From assembly GCA_008369845.1 (NCBI GenBank), contig MRSU01006864.1:1-64000 (forward strand): a DNA stretch of 64,000 nt, given 5' to 3'. Shown piece by piece: positions 54,029-64,000 of this stretch. The notes beneath the pieces were generated by a model, which ran no database searches, was not told the DNA's origin, and saw only the letters and a list, made by a program, of their open reading frames with translations. The translations under genes were made by a program, and so were the position numbers. The first letter of the stretch is position 1. Each line of letters begins with the position of its first letter. The stretch is from Trichomonas gallinae. Its lineage: Eukaryota.

Positions 54029-55384
54029 ATGATAAAGTCAGGTTGGGCGACGAAGCAAGGTGGTCTAATCAAGACTTGGAAGAAGCGTTGGTTTGTTCTT
54101 GAGAAGGATTACCTCATTTATTTCACGAAAGAACAAGGTGAAGAGCAAGGAAGAATTCCAATCGGTTCAACATGCGTCGTTTCACCAGCCCCTGACTGCA
54201 AGAAGCAACCAGCATTCAAAATAGTCACAAGCGAGCGTACATTTTTCATTGTTACAGACACACAAAAAGAATGTTCAGATTGGATTTCGGCAATCGCAAA
54301 TGCAATCGCACACTCGAGCGCCAATCCAGCGCCTGCTGCACCAGCACCAGGCACAAAGACAGCAGGTGCTGCACCTAAAAAGGCATCAATGGAAGATTTC
54401 CAAATTATTGGTGTCCTTGGTCGCGGCACTTACGGCAAGGTCCAACTCGTCAAGCAAAAAGAAACAGGAAAATTATTCGCACTCAAGACTATGAGCAAAC
54501 GTCTTCTAGCTGAATCAGATCAAATCGAGCAAACAATCGTCGAAAGGGATCTTCTCCTAAAGGTCAGATGCCCATTCCTCGTTTGTGCTCACTATACATT
54601 CCAAACAGATGCTAAAGTTTTCATGATCATCGATTACGTTCCCGGAGGAGAATTATTCGGAAGGCTCAAGCAGGAGTCCAGCTTCTCTGAATCACGCACG
54701 AGGCTATATGCAGCTGAGATCCTCCTTGGTCTTGGCTACTTACACGAACAAAATTACATTTACCGTGATTTGAAACCTGAAAATATTCTTGTCGACATAG
54801 ACGGCCACTTGCGCTTGACAGATTTCGGTCTCGCCAAGAAAGCCAGCGACAACGAATCGACAAATTCTTTCTGCGGTACACCAGAATATATCGCTCCAGA
54901 AATGATTCAGCGCCTTCCTTACACGAAGGCCGTTGACTGGTGGTCTCTCGGCATCCTTATCTTCGAAATGCTTACTGGTCTCCCACCTTTCTACGATGAA
55001 AACGTCAACCAGATGTATCGCTCGATTCTGAGAGACGAAATCACATATCCAAGCCACGTCTCCCTTGCAGCTCGCGATCTTATCAACAAGCTTCTTGATA
55101 AGAACCCAGCAACAAGACTTGGCGCAGGACCGAGTGATATGGAAGAAATCAAGGCCCATCCGTTCTTCAAGGATCTTGACTGGGACGATGTCGAAGAAAA
55201 GAACATAAAGCCTGAGTGGATTCCAGAAATTAAGGACGCAACAGATACATCCTGCTTCGATGCTGAATTCACACAGGAGCAAGGAGGCGTTTCATTCGAA
55301 GATGGAAGTCTTATCGGAAATGATACACAACAGATGTTCACAGGTTTCACTTGCACACAAGAATCCGCTCTCGATGAATTATAA
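54029..55384 (+). CDS. PH-domain AGC kinase (Akt/PKB-like)
   Basis: N-terminal PH domain; GRGTYGKV, YRDLKPEN, DFG, SFCGTPEYIAPE; AGC tail with the hydrophobic motif FTGFTC. Confidence 0.95.
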   Translation: MIKSGWATKQGGLIKTWKKRWFVLEKDYLIYFTKEQGEEQGRIPIGSTCVVSPAPDCKKQPAFKIVTSERTFFIVTDTQKECSDWISAIANAIAHSSANPAPAAPAPGTKTAGAAPKKASMEDFQIIGVLGRGTYGKVQLVKQKETGKLFALKTMSKRLLAESDQIEQTIVERDLLLKVRCPFLVCAHYTFQTDAKVFMIIDYVPGGELFGRLKQESSFSESRTRLYAAEILLGLGYLHEQNYIYRDLKPENILVDIDGHLRLTDFGLAKKASDNESTNSFCGTPEYIAPEMIQRLPYTKAVDWWSLGILIFEMLTGLPPFYDENVNQMYRSILRDEITYPSHVSLAARDLINKLLDKNPATRLGAGPSDMEEIKAHPFFKDLDWDDVEEKNIKPEWIPEIKDATDTSCFDAEFTQEQGGVSFEDGSLIGNDTQQMFTGFTCTQESALDEL

Positions 55385-55759
55385 CTTTTTTATGATACCT
55401 GGATTTTATGAGATTAAATCTATATTTCGATTATTTTATAAAACTACCATCGATTTACTACAGAATTGCCTCTCATTGGCGAAATATTTTTGGAAAATCT
55501 TCTTTTTTACCGATTTTCGACATTATATGCTTATATATCACTACTTTTGAACAATACAAAACTGAAAATACCTTACTTTTCAAAAAATTATGCACAGAAA
55601 ATTCATTACATCCAAATTTCGATGTTTTTCAATAGTATAACAAAATCTTGATGTCCATATTGTTTATTTTAATTTATATTCAACAAATTCGTCCAGAAAA
55701 CTAGGTGATATCGTGTGTAAAAATAAAATGAATTTTGATTAAAATACAAACATATAATT

Positions 55760-56854
55760 TTAGATTCCAAATTGAGCTCTACGCGCGCCCATATGGACTT
55801 GGTGACTGATTGCTGCCAAATCTTTCCTTATTTTACTATTTTCATTCCGAACTTCTTCTAAATTTTTTTCCTGCTTTTGGAGTTCAAGCTTGAGAATGCT
55901 GCGTTTCGCTTCTAATTCTTCCTTCCTTTTCTGCTCTTCTTCGAGCATCTGATAATCTTCTTCATTGCTGTTTTGAGTCGGCATCATATCTATTTCCTTC
56001 ATTGTTTCGTGGAGCTGCTGCTCGTTGCTCTGCTCGAGGCTGTGGGCTGCCTTTCTCAGAATTTGCATTCTTTTCTCTGTTTCCGATAGATGTCCGCTGA
56101 GCATTAAAATCTTATGATTATGTTGCTGAGCTAAAGTGTGTAATTCTTTCTCGTACTGTTTATCAATATGTTGTAGAGACATTTTTCGGTCATTGAGGGC
56201 TGTTATATGCTCTTTTTCCATATCTTCTATTTGAGATACGCATTCTTGAAGTTTTTGTCGCGATATCATCAAGTTATTGGCTCTTTCTGAATTGCATCTT
56301 TGAGCATATGATCTGAGCTGTAATATTATACTGTTATTGACCGTGTCGCAGTGTTCTTGTGTTTCAATTTGAACTGCATCTTTTTTACATCTGTATTTTT
56401 TAGATAAATTTGTTGCATTGATATCTACTGTGTTTCTAAGCATCTCTATTTCTTTCTCAACTGCCTGGAATGAGCGTTCAAGCTTTCCATCAATCGAATT
56501 AGAAATTGTTTCAAGTTTGAAGCCAAATTCATCTTGTACTCTGTTTATTTCTTTCTCTTGTTCCTTTCTTAACTGCTGAATGAATAAATGATGATTTAAA
56601 GTCATTTGTGAAAGGCGAAGCTGATGATCTACTTGTGATCTTCGCCTTTCTCCATCCTTAATTTGCGATATTGCGTCTATTTTGTATTGTAATTTCTCTA
56701 ATTCTTTTTCTTTTCTAACAATTTCAGATTTATATTGGTTTAATACCTCTGAAAATCGCTCAATTTCGTCATCCGCGATACTGATCTCTTGCTGGATGCG
56801 AAATTGGATGTTTTTAACTTGTCTTTCCAGTGCAAACGGCGCACTTTTGCTCAT
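55760..56854 (-). CDS. Hypothetical coiled-coil protein
   Basis: 364 aa ORF rich in E/Q/K heptads. No family recognised. Confidence 0.75.
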   Translation of the reverse strand: MSKSAPFALERQVKNIQFRIQQEISIADDEIERFSEVLNQYKSEIVRKEKELEKLQYKIDAISQIKDGERRRSQVDHQLRLSQMTLNHHLFIQQLRKEQEKEINRVQDEFGFKLETISNSIDGKLERSFQAVEKEIEMLRNTVDINATNLSKKYRCKKDAVQIETQEHCDTVNNSIILQLRSYAQRCNSERANNLMISRQKLQECVSQIEDMEKEHITALNDRKMSLQHIDKQYEKELHTLAQQHNHKILMLSGHLSETEKRMQILRKAAHSLEQSNEQQLHETMKEIDMMPTQNSNEEDYQMLEEEQKRKEELEAKRSILKLELQKQEKNLEEVRNENSKIRKDLAAISHQVHMGARRAQFGI

Positions 56855-57249
56855 TGTTGCCGTTTAAAAATAGAAAATCTAGAAAATATTCAATAAATCA
56901 TCATAAGAATTCTAGTATTTATCTTAATAAATCTAGATTTGATTAAATCATTCACTATTTCTTTGATTTTGATTCCATTATTATCATTTGAAAATAATTG
57001 CTCCTGTGATAAAATGCTTCAATGAGATATGAACTCTTATTTTATATATCTTAAATATATAGATTATATTCACATATTTAAACTATTTATCGAAAGAAAT
57101 CTTGATTTTTCAAGGAATATTATTCATATTGGCTATTAAACCCCAATCAATGAAGCTGAAGCTTGGTATCAATGTAATACTTCTTGATCACTCAAAATCA
57201 AGGGAAACATTCAATGATTTGCAGAATTTCAATTAACACTATAATAATC

Positions 57250-57425
57250 CACTTTTCATTAATATATTCACGGTCAAAAACGTCTAGAAAACGTGATTTA
57301 TTAAAAAAAACAAGTTTTGTAATATTTTGACAAAACAAATCATAATTTGACGTGTAACTCATACAAAATTCAACTAAATATGACAACTTGTCATGTAAAA
57401 TGAATACATTACTTCTTGTTATATT
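57250..57425 (+). repeat. Dispersed ~150 bp non-coding repeat, copy B
   Basis: Colinear match to 49290-49460. Confidence 0.85.
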
Positions 57426-57622
57426 GTTTAATACTGAGGTCATGATATTGAAGAGAACTTAATATTTTGGGATTATAAATAGTCTGTATCTTAAAAATGT
57501 CGATAAATATTTATTTGAATATAGATTGATAAGAAATTTATGGACTATGTATCATGAAAACATCAGAGAAGCCTTTTTTGTGGTCATTTATCGCATAAAA
57601 ATTAATCAAAAAGTCATAAACT

Positions 57623-59164
57623 ATGAAGGTCGGTCGGAAGATTAATCACACCCGATTCGTACCAATATTTTTTGATAGGACAACAATAGATTTTTCGAAT
57701 GTAAATATAGAGGAAATCGCTAACAAGCTTCGCGACAGCGAATCAGCGCCGTATTTGATACTTTTTTCTCATGAATTTATTAATTTTCCTCCTCTAAGCG
57801 AACTAATCATCGAAAAACGCAATTTTATCATCCCAAGTCACGAATTTATAACAGAAAATATATTTTTGCAATTTAAATCTTTGATTGCATCAATTTACGC
57901 GCAAAGCTATGAATCAAAAACGAATTCATTGATAGGAATCGCGTCTGTTGGATCATACAATCTGCTCGGATATTTCATCGTTCGATGGATCATTGAAGAA
58001 AAAATGTTTTCATTTGATTTTGCTCATAATTTGTTTACGGAATCAGAAATGCGCCCAATATCGAATGATGACTTCATAAAGACACTAACTAATATATCAA
58101 ATTCAAGACAAACTGTTGATCCTCAAGAAAAGAAATTCGAAAAAATAGAAACAGATTATATAGGCTTATTGAAGCTTTTAGAAACAAGCAATGAGCATGC
58201 TCCAGTGCAACCGACACCAGTTGCTCAAATTAACAAACCAATAACAAATTTTCAATTTATTTTGCGAGAAATGAATATTAAGCTTAAAATATTGCAAAAG
58301 AATGTCCCAAAGTTTGGACAAAGTATATTAGTGAGAAATATTTTATCATATTTCACTCATAAACCAGATAATATCGTGGTCACGATTAATCCTGAAGGAA
58401 TGCATGGATTTTTGTATGCAAAAACAGAAGAAAAAGTCATATTATGTGATAATGGGCTAGTTTTATCAACATATCTTCATTTTCCACAACCAAATAATCC
58501 AAATCAGCAATTAAAAACGACAATATTTGAAGGATACTTTATTAACAATCCAGAAACATTCATAGTATGTGACACACTATTATTCAATGGTGAAAATGTT
58601 AGAGACGAGCATTATGACGTGCGAATTGGATATTTAACAGAATATTTGTTTGAAGAGCGCGCAAAATATCCACAGATATTGCAGAATGAATCAATAAAAC
58701 TAATGGTGCGGCCATTTTTCCCATTTAAATCAATAAATCAACTGCTAAAAAAGATCGATAGCATTGTTCCATACAAAGTTGATGGCGTATCTATTGGCCC
58801 GCTGAACGCGTCATGGTCACAAGATAAGAAGGAAACAGGCTGGTACCAATGGAAGATAAATTTACCAAAGCCCACAGTGATTTTATCATTAAACTACGCA
58901 AATAATGAACTGTGTGGAATGATGTCTATGCATGGAGGACTTGCGAAAGCGCTGTCTCTTGGAATAATAGATAAAAGCAGTGTCCAACTTGATGGAGCTG
59001 TCGCGCAAATTGCTTTTGATGCAACAAGCAATAAATTTGTTTTAAATCAAATACCATCAGACGAAAGTGTTTGGTCATTTGAGAAATTTGAAGAAGCATT
59101 TCCAGTCGATGAGGCTCCAATCCCATACGAAGTATTTGTTCAGCTGACAGATGGAGTTTATTAG
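57623..59164 (+). CDS. mRNA capping enzyme-like protein (triphosphatase + guanylyltransferase folds), catalytic motifs degenerate
   Basis: Motifs in the expected order: IGIASVGSYNLLGYFI, VTINPEG, TIFEGYF, FIVCDTLLFNGENV..YDVRI, YKVDGVSIGP, YQWK. Confidence 0.75.
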   Translation: MKVGRKINHTRFVPIFFDRTTIDFSNVNIEEIANKLRDSESAPYLILFSHEFINFPPLSELIIEKRNFIIPSHEFITENIFLQFKSLIASIYAQSYESKTNSLIGIASVGSYNLLGYFIVRWIIEEKMFSFDFAHNLFTESEMRPISNDDFIKTLTNISNSRQTVDPQEKKFEKIETDYIGLLKLLETSNEHAPVQPTPVAQINKPITNFQFILREMNIKLKILQKNVPKFGQSILVRNILSYFTHKPDNIVVTINPEGMHGFLYAKTEEKVILCDNGLVLSTYLHFPQPNNPNQQLKTTIFEGYFINNPETFIVCDTLLFNGENVRDEHYDVRIGYLTEYLFEERAKYPQILQNESIKLMVRPFFPFKSINQLLKKIDSIVPYKVDGVSIGPLNASWSQDKKETGWYQWKINLPKPTVILSLNYANNELCGMMSMHGGLAKALSLGIIDKSSVQLDGAVAQIAFDATSNKFVLNQIPSDESVWSFEKFEEAFPVDEAPIPYEVFVQLTDGVY

Positions 59165-59379
59165 ATGTATATGTATTTTTTATTTGTTTGTTTTTAAAAT
59201 TTTTATAATGTTTTTTAATTTTTCAAGAAACAGCACAAATTGATGTGAGTTTTATAACTTTTTCTATAATTCGACAACTAAAAGATATGATGAACAATAT
59301 ATTTATAGCTGATGATGATGAATAAGCATCTTGCACATTTGATAATATAACTCCAATATGATAAAATATCATCGTAGAA

Positions 59380-59655
59380 TATTTTTGACAATATTTTTGG
59401 CACTTTACATTATATTTGACAACATTTTTGTCATTTTTCACAATTTTTTTAATTTTTGACGATACTTTTGACACTTTACAAAATAACTGTCATTTTGGTT
59501 TATTTTGGATATTTGACGAATTTTGACACTTTACATAATATTTGTCATTTTACAATATTTTTTGTCGTTTTGATGTATTTTTGACATTTTACAACATATT
59601 TGACACTTTACGAGGTGTCAATTTTTGAAATAACAACGATAATTGTCACTTTTCG
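59380..59655. repeat. Cluster of TTTGACA/TTTGTCA short repeats upstream of the 59669 gene
   Basis: TTTGACACTTTAC occurs three times, with many TTTGAC/TTGTCA variants. The cluster ends with GTCACTTTT at 59645. Confidence 0.75.
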
Positions 59656-59668
59656 ATAAAAACACACA

Positions 59669-60718
59669 ATGAACTCTACATTTTCGATTTCTTCACCTAT
59701 ACGTCATTCAGCGAGTGAAGCTCATCAGTCTCCGACGGTTAAAGCCAGAACGATGAGTGGCACAATGACTTACACGCTTAAACAGCATCCAACGACTACA
59801 TTTATACTTCCACTTAAAGATACATATAAAAATCTTGCGAAACTGATACATCAGTACTCAGTCGAATGTTATTTGTCGGAAACTATGCCAGAAATGGCTA
59901 CACAGTTCGTTTTAGTCTCAAAATCTTTTGAGCACTTTATGGAACTCGCGAACCAGTTCTATCAAGGCGTAAATTTATCACCTAGAGGAAGAACGTCGCT
60001 AAGAACTTCCGCTCTTCAAGTCGCAGCTCGAGCTCTAATCGAGAACTGGATGGAATTCATAGACATTATGAACGATGTGTTTCATCATGGATTATCTTTC
60101 TTCTACCAACTGATTCCTAGGTACTTTGCAGCTGTCAATGAAGACTTAAACATTACATTAGAATCATTCAAATCTTATTCTTACAAAACAGACGTTCCTG
60201 CCGGTGCAATTAGGAGACTGAAGGATGAGGTATACAACCTACAAGATGTTGGCGCCTACATTTGCAAACAGTGCCAGCCAAAATATTGTCCGAATTTGGA
60301 AGACGGTGAGTTCCTCAAAACAGCGAAGAAGTTCATAGATAGAATATTTAAGTTCTTCTCTGTCACATTGCCTAAGCAAACAATCACATCTGGGCAAGTT
60401 TTCAAGTGCCGCTCCAGAATTAATGCAAGCTGCGGCGAGTTAGAGGCTGTGATTAAAGGAGCAATGAAATTCAAGGACTTATCCGAAGAAGTTAAAGCCC
60501 AGATTATAGAAGTTAACAAAGGAATGGATTTGATCCTCACGCAGATGGAATTTCCTTTTGGTCTGCAACTTGATGTTATATTCGATGAAGGATATGAGGA
60601 GCCCGTTGACAGAGATGTATCAAATGATGTTGCTAAAGAAAAAATCGATGCACTTAAGCATCAAATTAGAGAAGCAAGCAACGCAATTGATAATGCTCAG
60701 ATCTTGTTGAATCAATAA
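59669..60718 (+). CDS. Hypothetical alpha-helical protein
   Basis: 349 aa ORF with coding-like composition and a motif-rich upstream region. No family recognised. Confidence 0.75.
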   Translation: MNSTFSISSPIRHSASEAHQSPTVKARTMSGTMTYTLKQHPTTTFILPLKDTYKNLAKLIHQYSVECYLSETMPEMATQFVLVSKSFEHFMELANQFYQGVNLSPRGRTSLRTSALQVAARALIENWMEFIDIMNDVFHHGLSFFYQLIPRYFAAVNEDLNITLESFKSYSYKTDVPAGAIRRLKDEVYNLQDVGAYICKQCQPKYCPNLEDGEFLKTAKKFIDRIFKFFSVTLPKQTITSGQVFKCRSRINASCGELEAVIKGAMKFKDLSEEVKAQIIEVNKGMDLILTQMEFPFGLQLDVIFDEGYEEPVDRDVSNDVAKEKIDALKHQIREASNAIDNAQILLNQ

Positions 60719-60981
60719 CTTATCATGTTTGTAATTTAAAAATATTTGTGTATATATTCTCTAAGATCATCTATGTTTTTTTGTTTTATTCAAAAGAGGA
60801 TGTTCGAATTGGCCGTTTAGTGTTGATTTTGGATGTACATTCGCTAAAAAAATTGCAATAAGTAGAAAAATATTGTTACACTATGATATATCCTGTAAAG
60901 CCTCTAGAATTTGTTACAAGCTTTAATACTAATAACTAATGATGACAGTTTGGAGAGTATAATCATAAGTATATTACGACA

Positions 60982-61246
60982 CTGATTAATTTTGGAGTCA
61001 ATCAACAGAAAAGAAATAGCAATGGAAGAATTGCATCTAATTATATTCATTTTGGGTAAACACCATTGATATATATGCAACCAAAATGAACAAAATTAGA
61101 TCTGATTTGAAGCTGATCGAAATGGGAATAAATACGGATAAATTTGGCAAAACTCCATTAATGTATGCTGCTATTTAGACACAATATTATTACCATCAAA
61201 AACTTGATTTGATGCATAAGATATGAATGGAGAAACCATATTGGCT
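60982..61246 (+). pseudogene. Decayed ankyrin-repeat gene
   Basis: Fragments LINFGVNQQKRNSNGRIA, FG*TPLIY, DKFGKTPLMYAAI (61137) and A*DMNGETIL, interrupted by stops and frameshifts. Confidence 0.8.
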
Positions 61247-62022
61247 GTGAGTAAAAAGTATTAGAGATGCAGATAATGAACCGTAGAATTGCATATCGTT
61301 GAAAAATTATGACGATAGCTCAGCTTAATTATAATTTAAACCATTCTTTTTTTCTCATGAAATAACAGGTAAACAAAACTAAATTAACATTATTTTTTCA
61401 GAGAAAAGACTGTAAAACCATAATTTCACCAGATTATTGATATCTTTGCATGTTTTTTGAAGATCTCCCTGTGCAAATGTGGGGAAAATTATCGATTTTA
61501 TTGCTGCATTCAAATTTCCATTTTATTGAGCATTATCATTAATAATTATCATCCACTATCAATGCGATTTAGAATTAACATGTTTTTGATGACTGTGCAT
61601 AAAAAGTTTATTTCAAAATCGAAGGTTGTTCGACTTAAAATTATTTATAATATCATGAGATATTATATATGATATCATTAAATAGAATTTCATCGGTGAT
61701 TTGAAGACAAAAAAAATCTTATTGAAATTTTTTGATTTAATTAATATAAAATGATCAATATCATGATTAATTTCAAATAACTTAAGGATAATTTTTAAAT
61801 TCAAAATTTCGTTATTCAACCTTTGTTAAAATTTTTGATGTATATATGATAACATATAATTTGTATTCGGTGACAAAATTTATCAGTATAGAATTGAATT
61901 TTAAAACCACGTGGAAATGATTGCTTATGTGTTATGCATAATGATTTTTAGGAGCAATTTTCCAGCTTTTGTGAGAGATAAGTTTTTTTCATAGAGTCAT
62001 TGAAACTTCAAAATAAAACATT

Positions 62023-63021
62023 ATGGAAGCATCAACAGAAGATACATTCATTGTGCCAAGAGTCATTGGCAAGTATAAAGTCATTAGGAACATAGGAAAT
62101 GGAGGATTTGCTAAAGTTGTCCTAGCATCAGATTCAAAAACAGAAAAATTATACGCGATCAAGGTAGTTTCAAGGGACCAAATTGTTAAGCTAGGATTAC
62201 TTAATTATTTAGAAAACGAACTTCGCCTTTCTGCAAGATTTGATCACCCGAATATTGTTAAAATTTACGATATCATATATTTGAAAGATGTTATCTGCAT
62301 TGTTATGGAATTTCTTTCCAATGGTGATCTCCAGACACTAATAGCAAGTGGTTTTACGTTTTCATATCCTGAACAAGTCAGAATCATGAAAGAATTACTT
62401 TCTGGTCTATCATATCTGCATAAACGAGGAATTTCTCATCGAGACATTAAACCAGAAAACGTATTATTCGATCAAGATTTTCATCCAAAATTAATTGATT
62501 TTGGCCTTTCAAGGGAAAATTCTTCAAGTATGAAGACATGCTGTGGTACTATTTTATACATGGCTCCGGAGATTATTTGTCCAAATTCAGGTTATGATGG
62601 AATGAAGTCTGATATTTGGTCATTTGCAGTTACATTCCATCTCCTATGTAACAAAAATTACCCATGGGACAAGCACAGTGAGATTCAGTTGATGAAAGAT
62701 GTCAAAAGCAATTCACTTCAACTTAGGATTCTTTCTAATGGTATTATTGGAAAGATATTATCTATGTGCCTGAATTTTGACCCTTCTGAAAGACCAACGG
62801 CTCAAAAATTAATTGAAATTATTGAAGATTATCAGGAACAGTTGACAAAATTCATAGGAGGTAATTTTCCACGCAAAACATGTGATGGATCGTCTTTACC
62901 TAGGTTGAATATTAAGAATCCATTCAATCTTTTAGCTGCATCAAGGAATTCAAGACTGTTCGCTTCGAATATCGCTTGGAAGATCAATAGTTTATCCAAT
63001 ATCACATTTGCAACTGTTTAA
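62023..63021 (+). CDS. CAMK-family Ser/Thr protein kinase
   Basis: IGNGGFAKV, YAIK, HRDIKPEN, DFG, TCCGTILYMAPE, SDIWS. Confidence 0.93.
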   Translation: MEASTEDTFIVPRVIGKYKVIRNIGNGGFAKVVLASDSKTEKLYAIKVVSRDQIVKLGLLNYLENELRLSARFDHPNIVKIYDIIYLKDVICIVMEFLSNGDLQTLIASGFTFSYPEQVRIMKELLSGLSYLHKRGISHRDIKPENVLFDQDFHPKLIDFGLSRENSSSMKTCCGTILYMAPEIICPNSGYDGMKSDIWSFAVTFHLLCNKNYPWDKHSEIQLMKDVKSNSLQLRILSNGIIGKILSMCLNFDPSERPTAQKLIEIIEDYQEQLTKFIGGNFPRKTCDGSSLPRLNIKNPFNLLAASRNSRLFASNIAWKINSLSNITFATV

Positions 63022-63241
63022 CTTGTTATTTTGTTTTGAATTTATAAAATGTTTAGAAATATTATCGAAACCAATGTGTTTTAATTATATAATACGATAT
63101 TTTATGTCATAATCTTATCATATATATGTTTAAATTTGTCATCATAGCAAAATATTATTGATTCAAAAATTTCTGTAAAATTCCATAGATTTTAACAGAA
63201 ATATAAATTATTTATGTAATAATAAGCATATACTAACTATT

Positions 63242-63523
63242 TTACAGCTCATCGATGATGACTGGTTGAACTTCTGTTGTTTCTTCTTCGTTTTGGCTCT
63301 CTTCGAATTCATCAAGACTATCATCCGACATTATCATGACTTCCTTCAGTGGAACATCATCAGCGAGGTGTCTGCCACAACATAAATAAAAGAAAAGAGA
63401 GATGAGGCTCAAAACTATCAGCGAAACAGTTGGAATGGCTATTTTACTTGCCTGATTGAAATTAATGGGAACTACAGGCTCACCTGCGGCACTGCTGCCA
63501 AATACAAGCAACAATGATATCAT
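63242..63523 (-). CDS. Small single-pass membrane protein with acidic tail
   Basis: Signal-like MISLLLVFGSSA, TM IAIPTVSLIVLSLISLFFYLCC, and a D/E-rich tail. Two GTCACTTTT (AAAAGTGAC on minus) lie upstream at 63628 and 63657. Confidence 0.75.
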   Translation of the reverse strand: MISLLLVFGSSAAGEPVVPINFNQASKIAIPTVSLIVLSLISLFFYLCCGRHLADDVPLKEVMIMSDDSLDEFEESQNEEETTEVQPVIIDEL

Positions 63524-64000
63524 TTTTTAACAGCATTCAAAAATCAACGGTTTTGGCACTTTTGGAAAACGAAATTCTAAAAATCATTGTTATAATCTTA
63601 TAAATATTTTTTATTAATCCAAAATGTGTCACTTTTTGTCGAAATTATCCAATTTTGTCACTTTTTTGAAAATCCAGAATTATTAGATGCACGAATTTAC
63701 GAATGAAATAAAAATAGGTATAAAAATTAGGACCCCCTCCACCTTTTCAAATCGGCTCGAAACCATGAACATAGGGATACATGGTCTCTAACAGTAACTT
63801 TCCTCGCTTTACAGCTTTAATATTGACTTCACAATATGGCCATTATGATTTTTAAAATATAGTCGAATGATATTGTTGCCAATCAGAAAATATATTTCAA
63901 ATAATCATACGCATTATATCAGTTCTCTGAATTGGCTACAAACACAAAATATTCATATTATGGTGTAAAAAATAGTTGAATAAAATACAAATTAAAATCT

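Noticed and set aside
54740..55356. Antisense ORFs of 180 and 121 aa over the kinase
   Set aside because: These are typical antisense shadows of a codon-biased gene, with no recognisable domains.
63720..63800. ACCATG..CATGGT hairpin and C-rich patch as an ncRNA or element end
   Set aside because: The stem is short, there is no second copy and no family motif.

Overview
AT-rich, gene-dense eukaryotic DNA with no introns detected. It most likely comes from a trichomonad (Trichomonas vaginalis or a close relative), judged from a BspA-like LRR gene, ankyrin relics, TCA(T/C)T initiator-like starts, AAAAGTGAC upstream motifs and stop-embedded TAAA signals. About 21 intact CDS are present: enkurin, an NT-C2 protein, nitroreductase, a BEACH-family protein, a giant LRR/coiled-coil protein, CCDC39, a PWI-RRM protein, cyclin, Vps18, a DOCK-like protein, a ubiquitin-like protein, a DCX-like/P-loop protein, CFAP58-like, a PH-only protein, FAM92-like, Akt-like and CAMK kinases, a capping-enzyme-like protein and several hypotheticals. 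There are also several broken genes. The most notable observations are (1) an mRNA capping-enzyme homologue that has lost both catalytic centres; (2) a five-unit G-tract/AAAGTGAC array filling a divergent promoter; (3) a BspA gene split by a 1-nt frameshift; (4) three dispersed, gap-free relics of one unknown coding sequence; (5) a recurring TGACATGTAAA intergenic motif; (6) a BEACH protein with a collapsed BEACH domain; and (7) several flagellar genes in one window. All family calls come from motif recognition by eye, not from database searches. No rRNA, tRNA or CRISPR array is supported.
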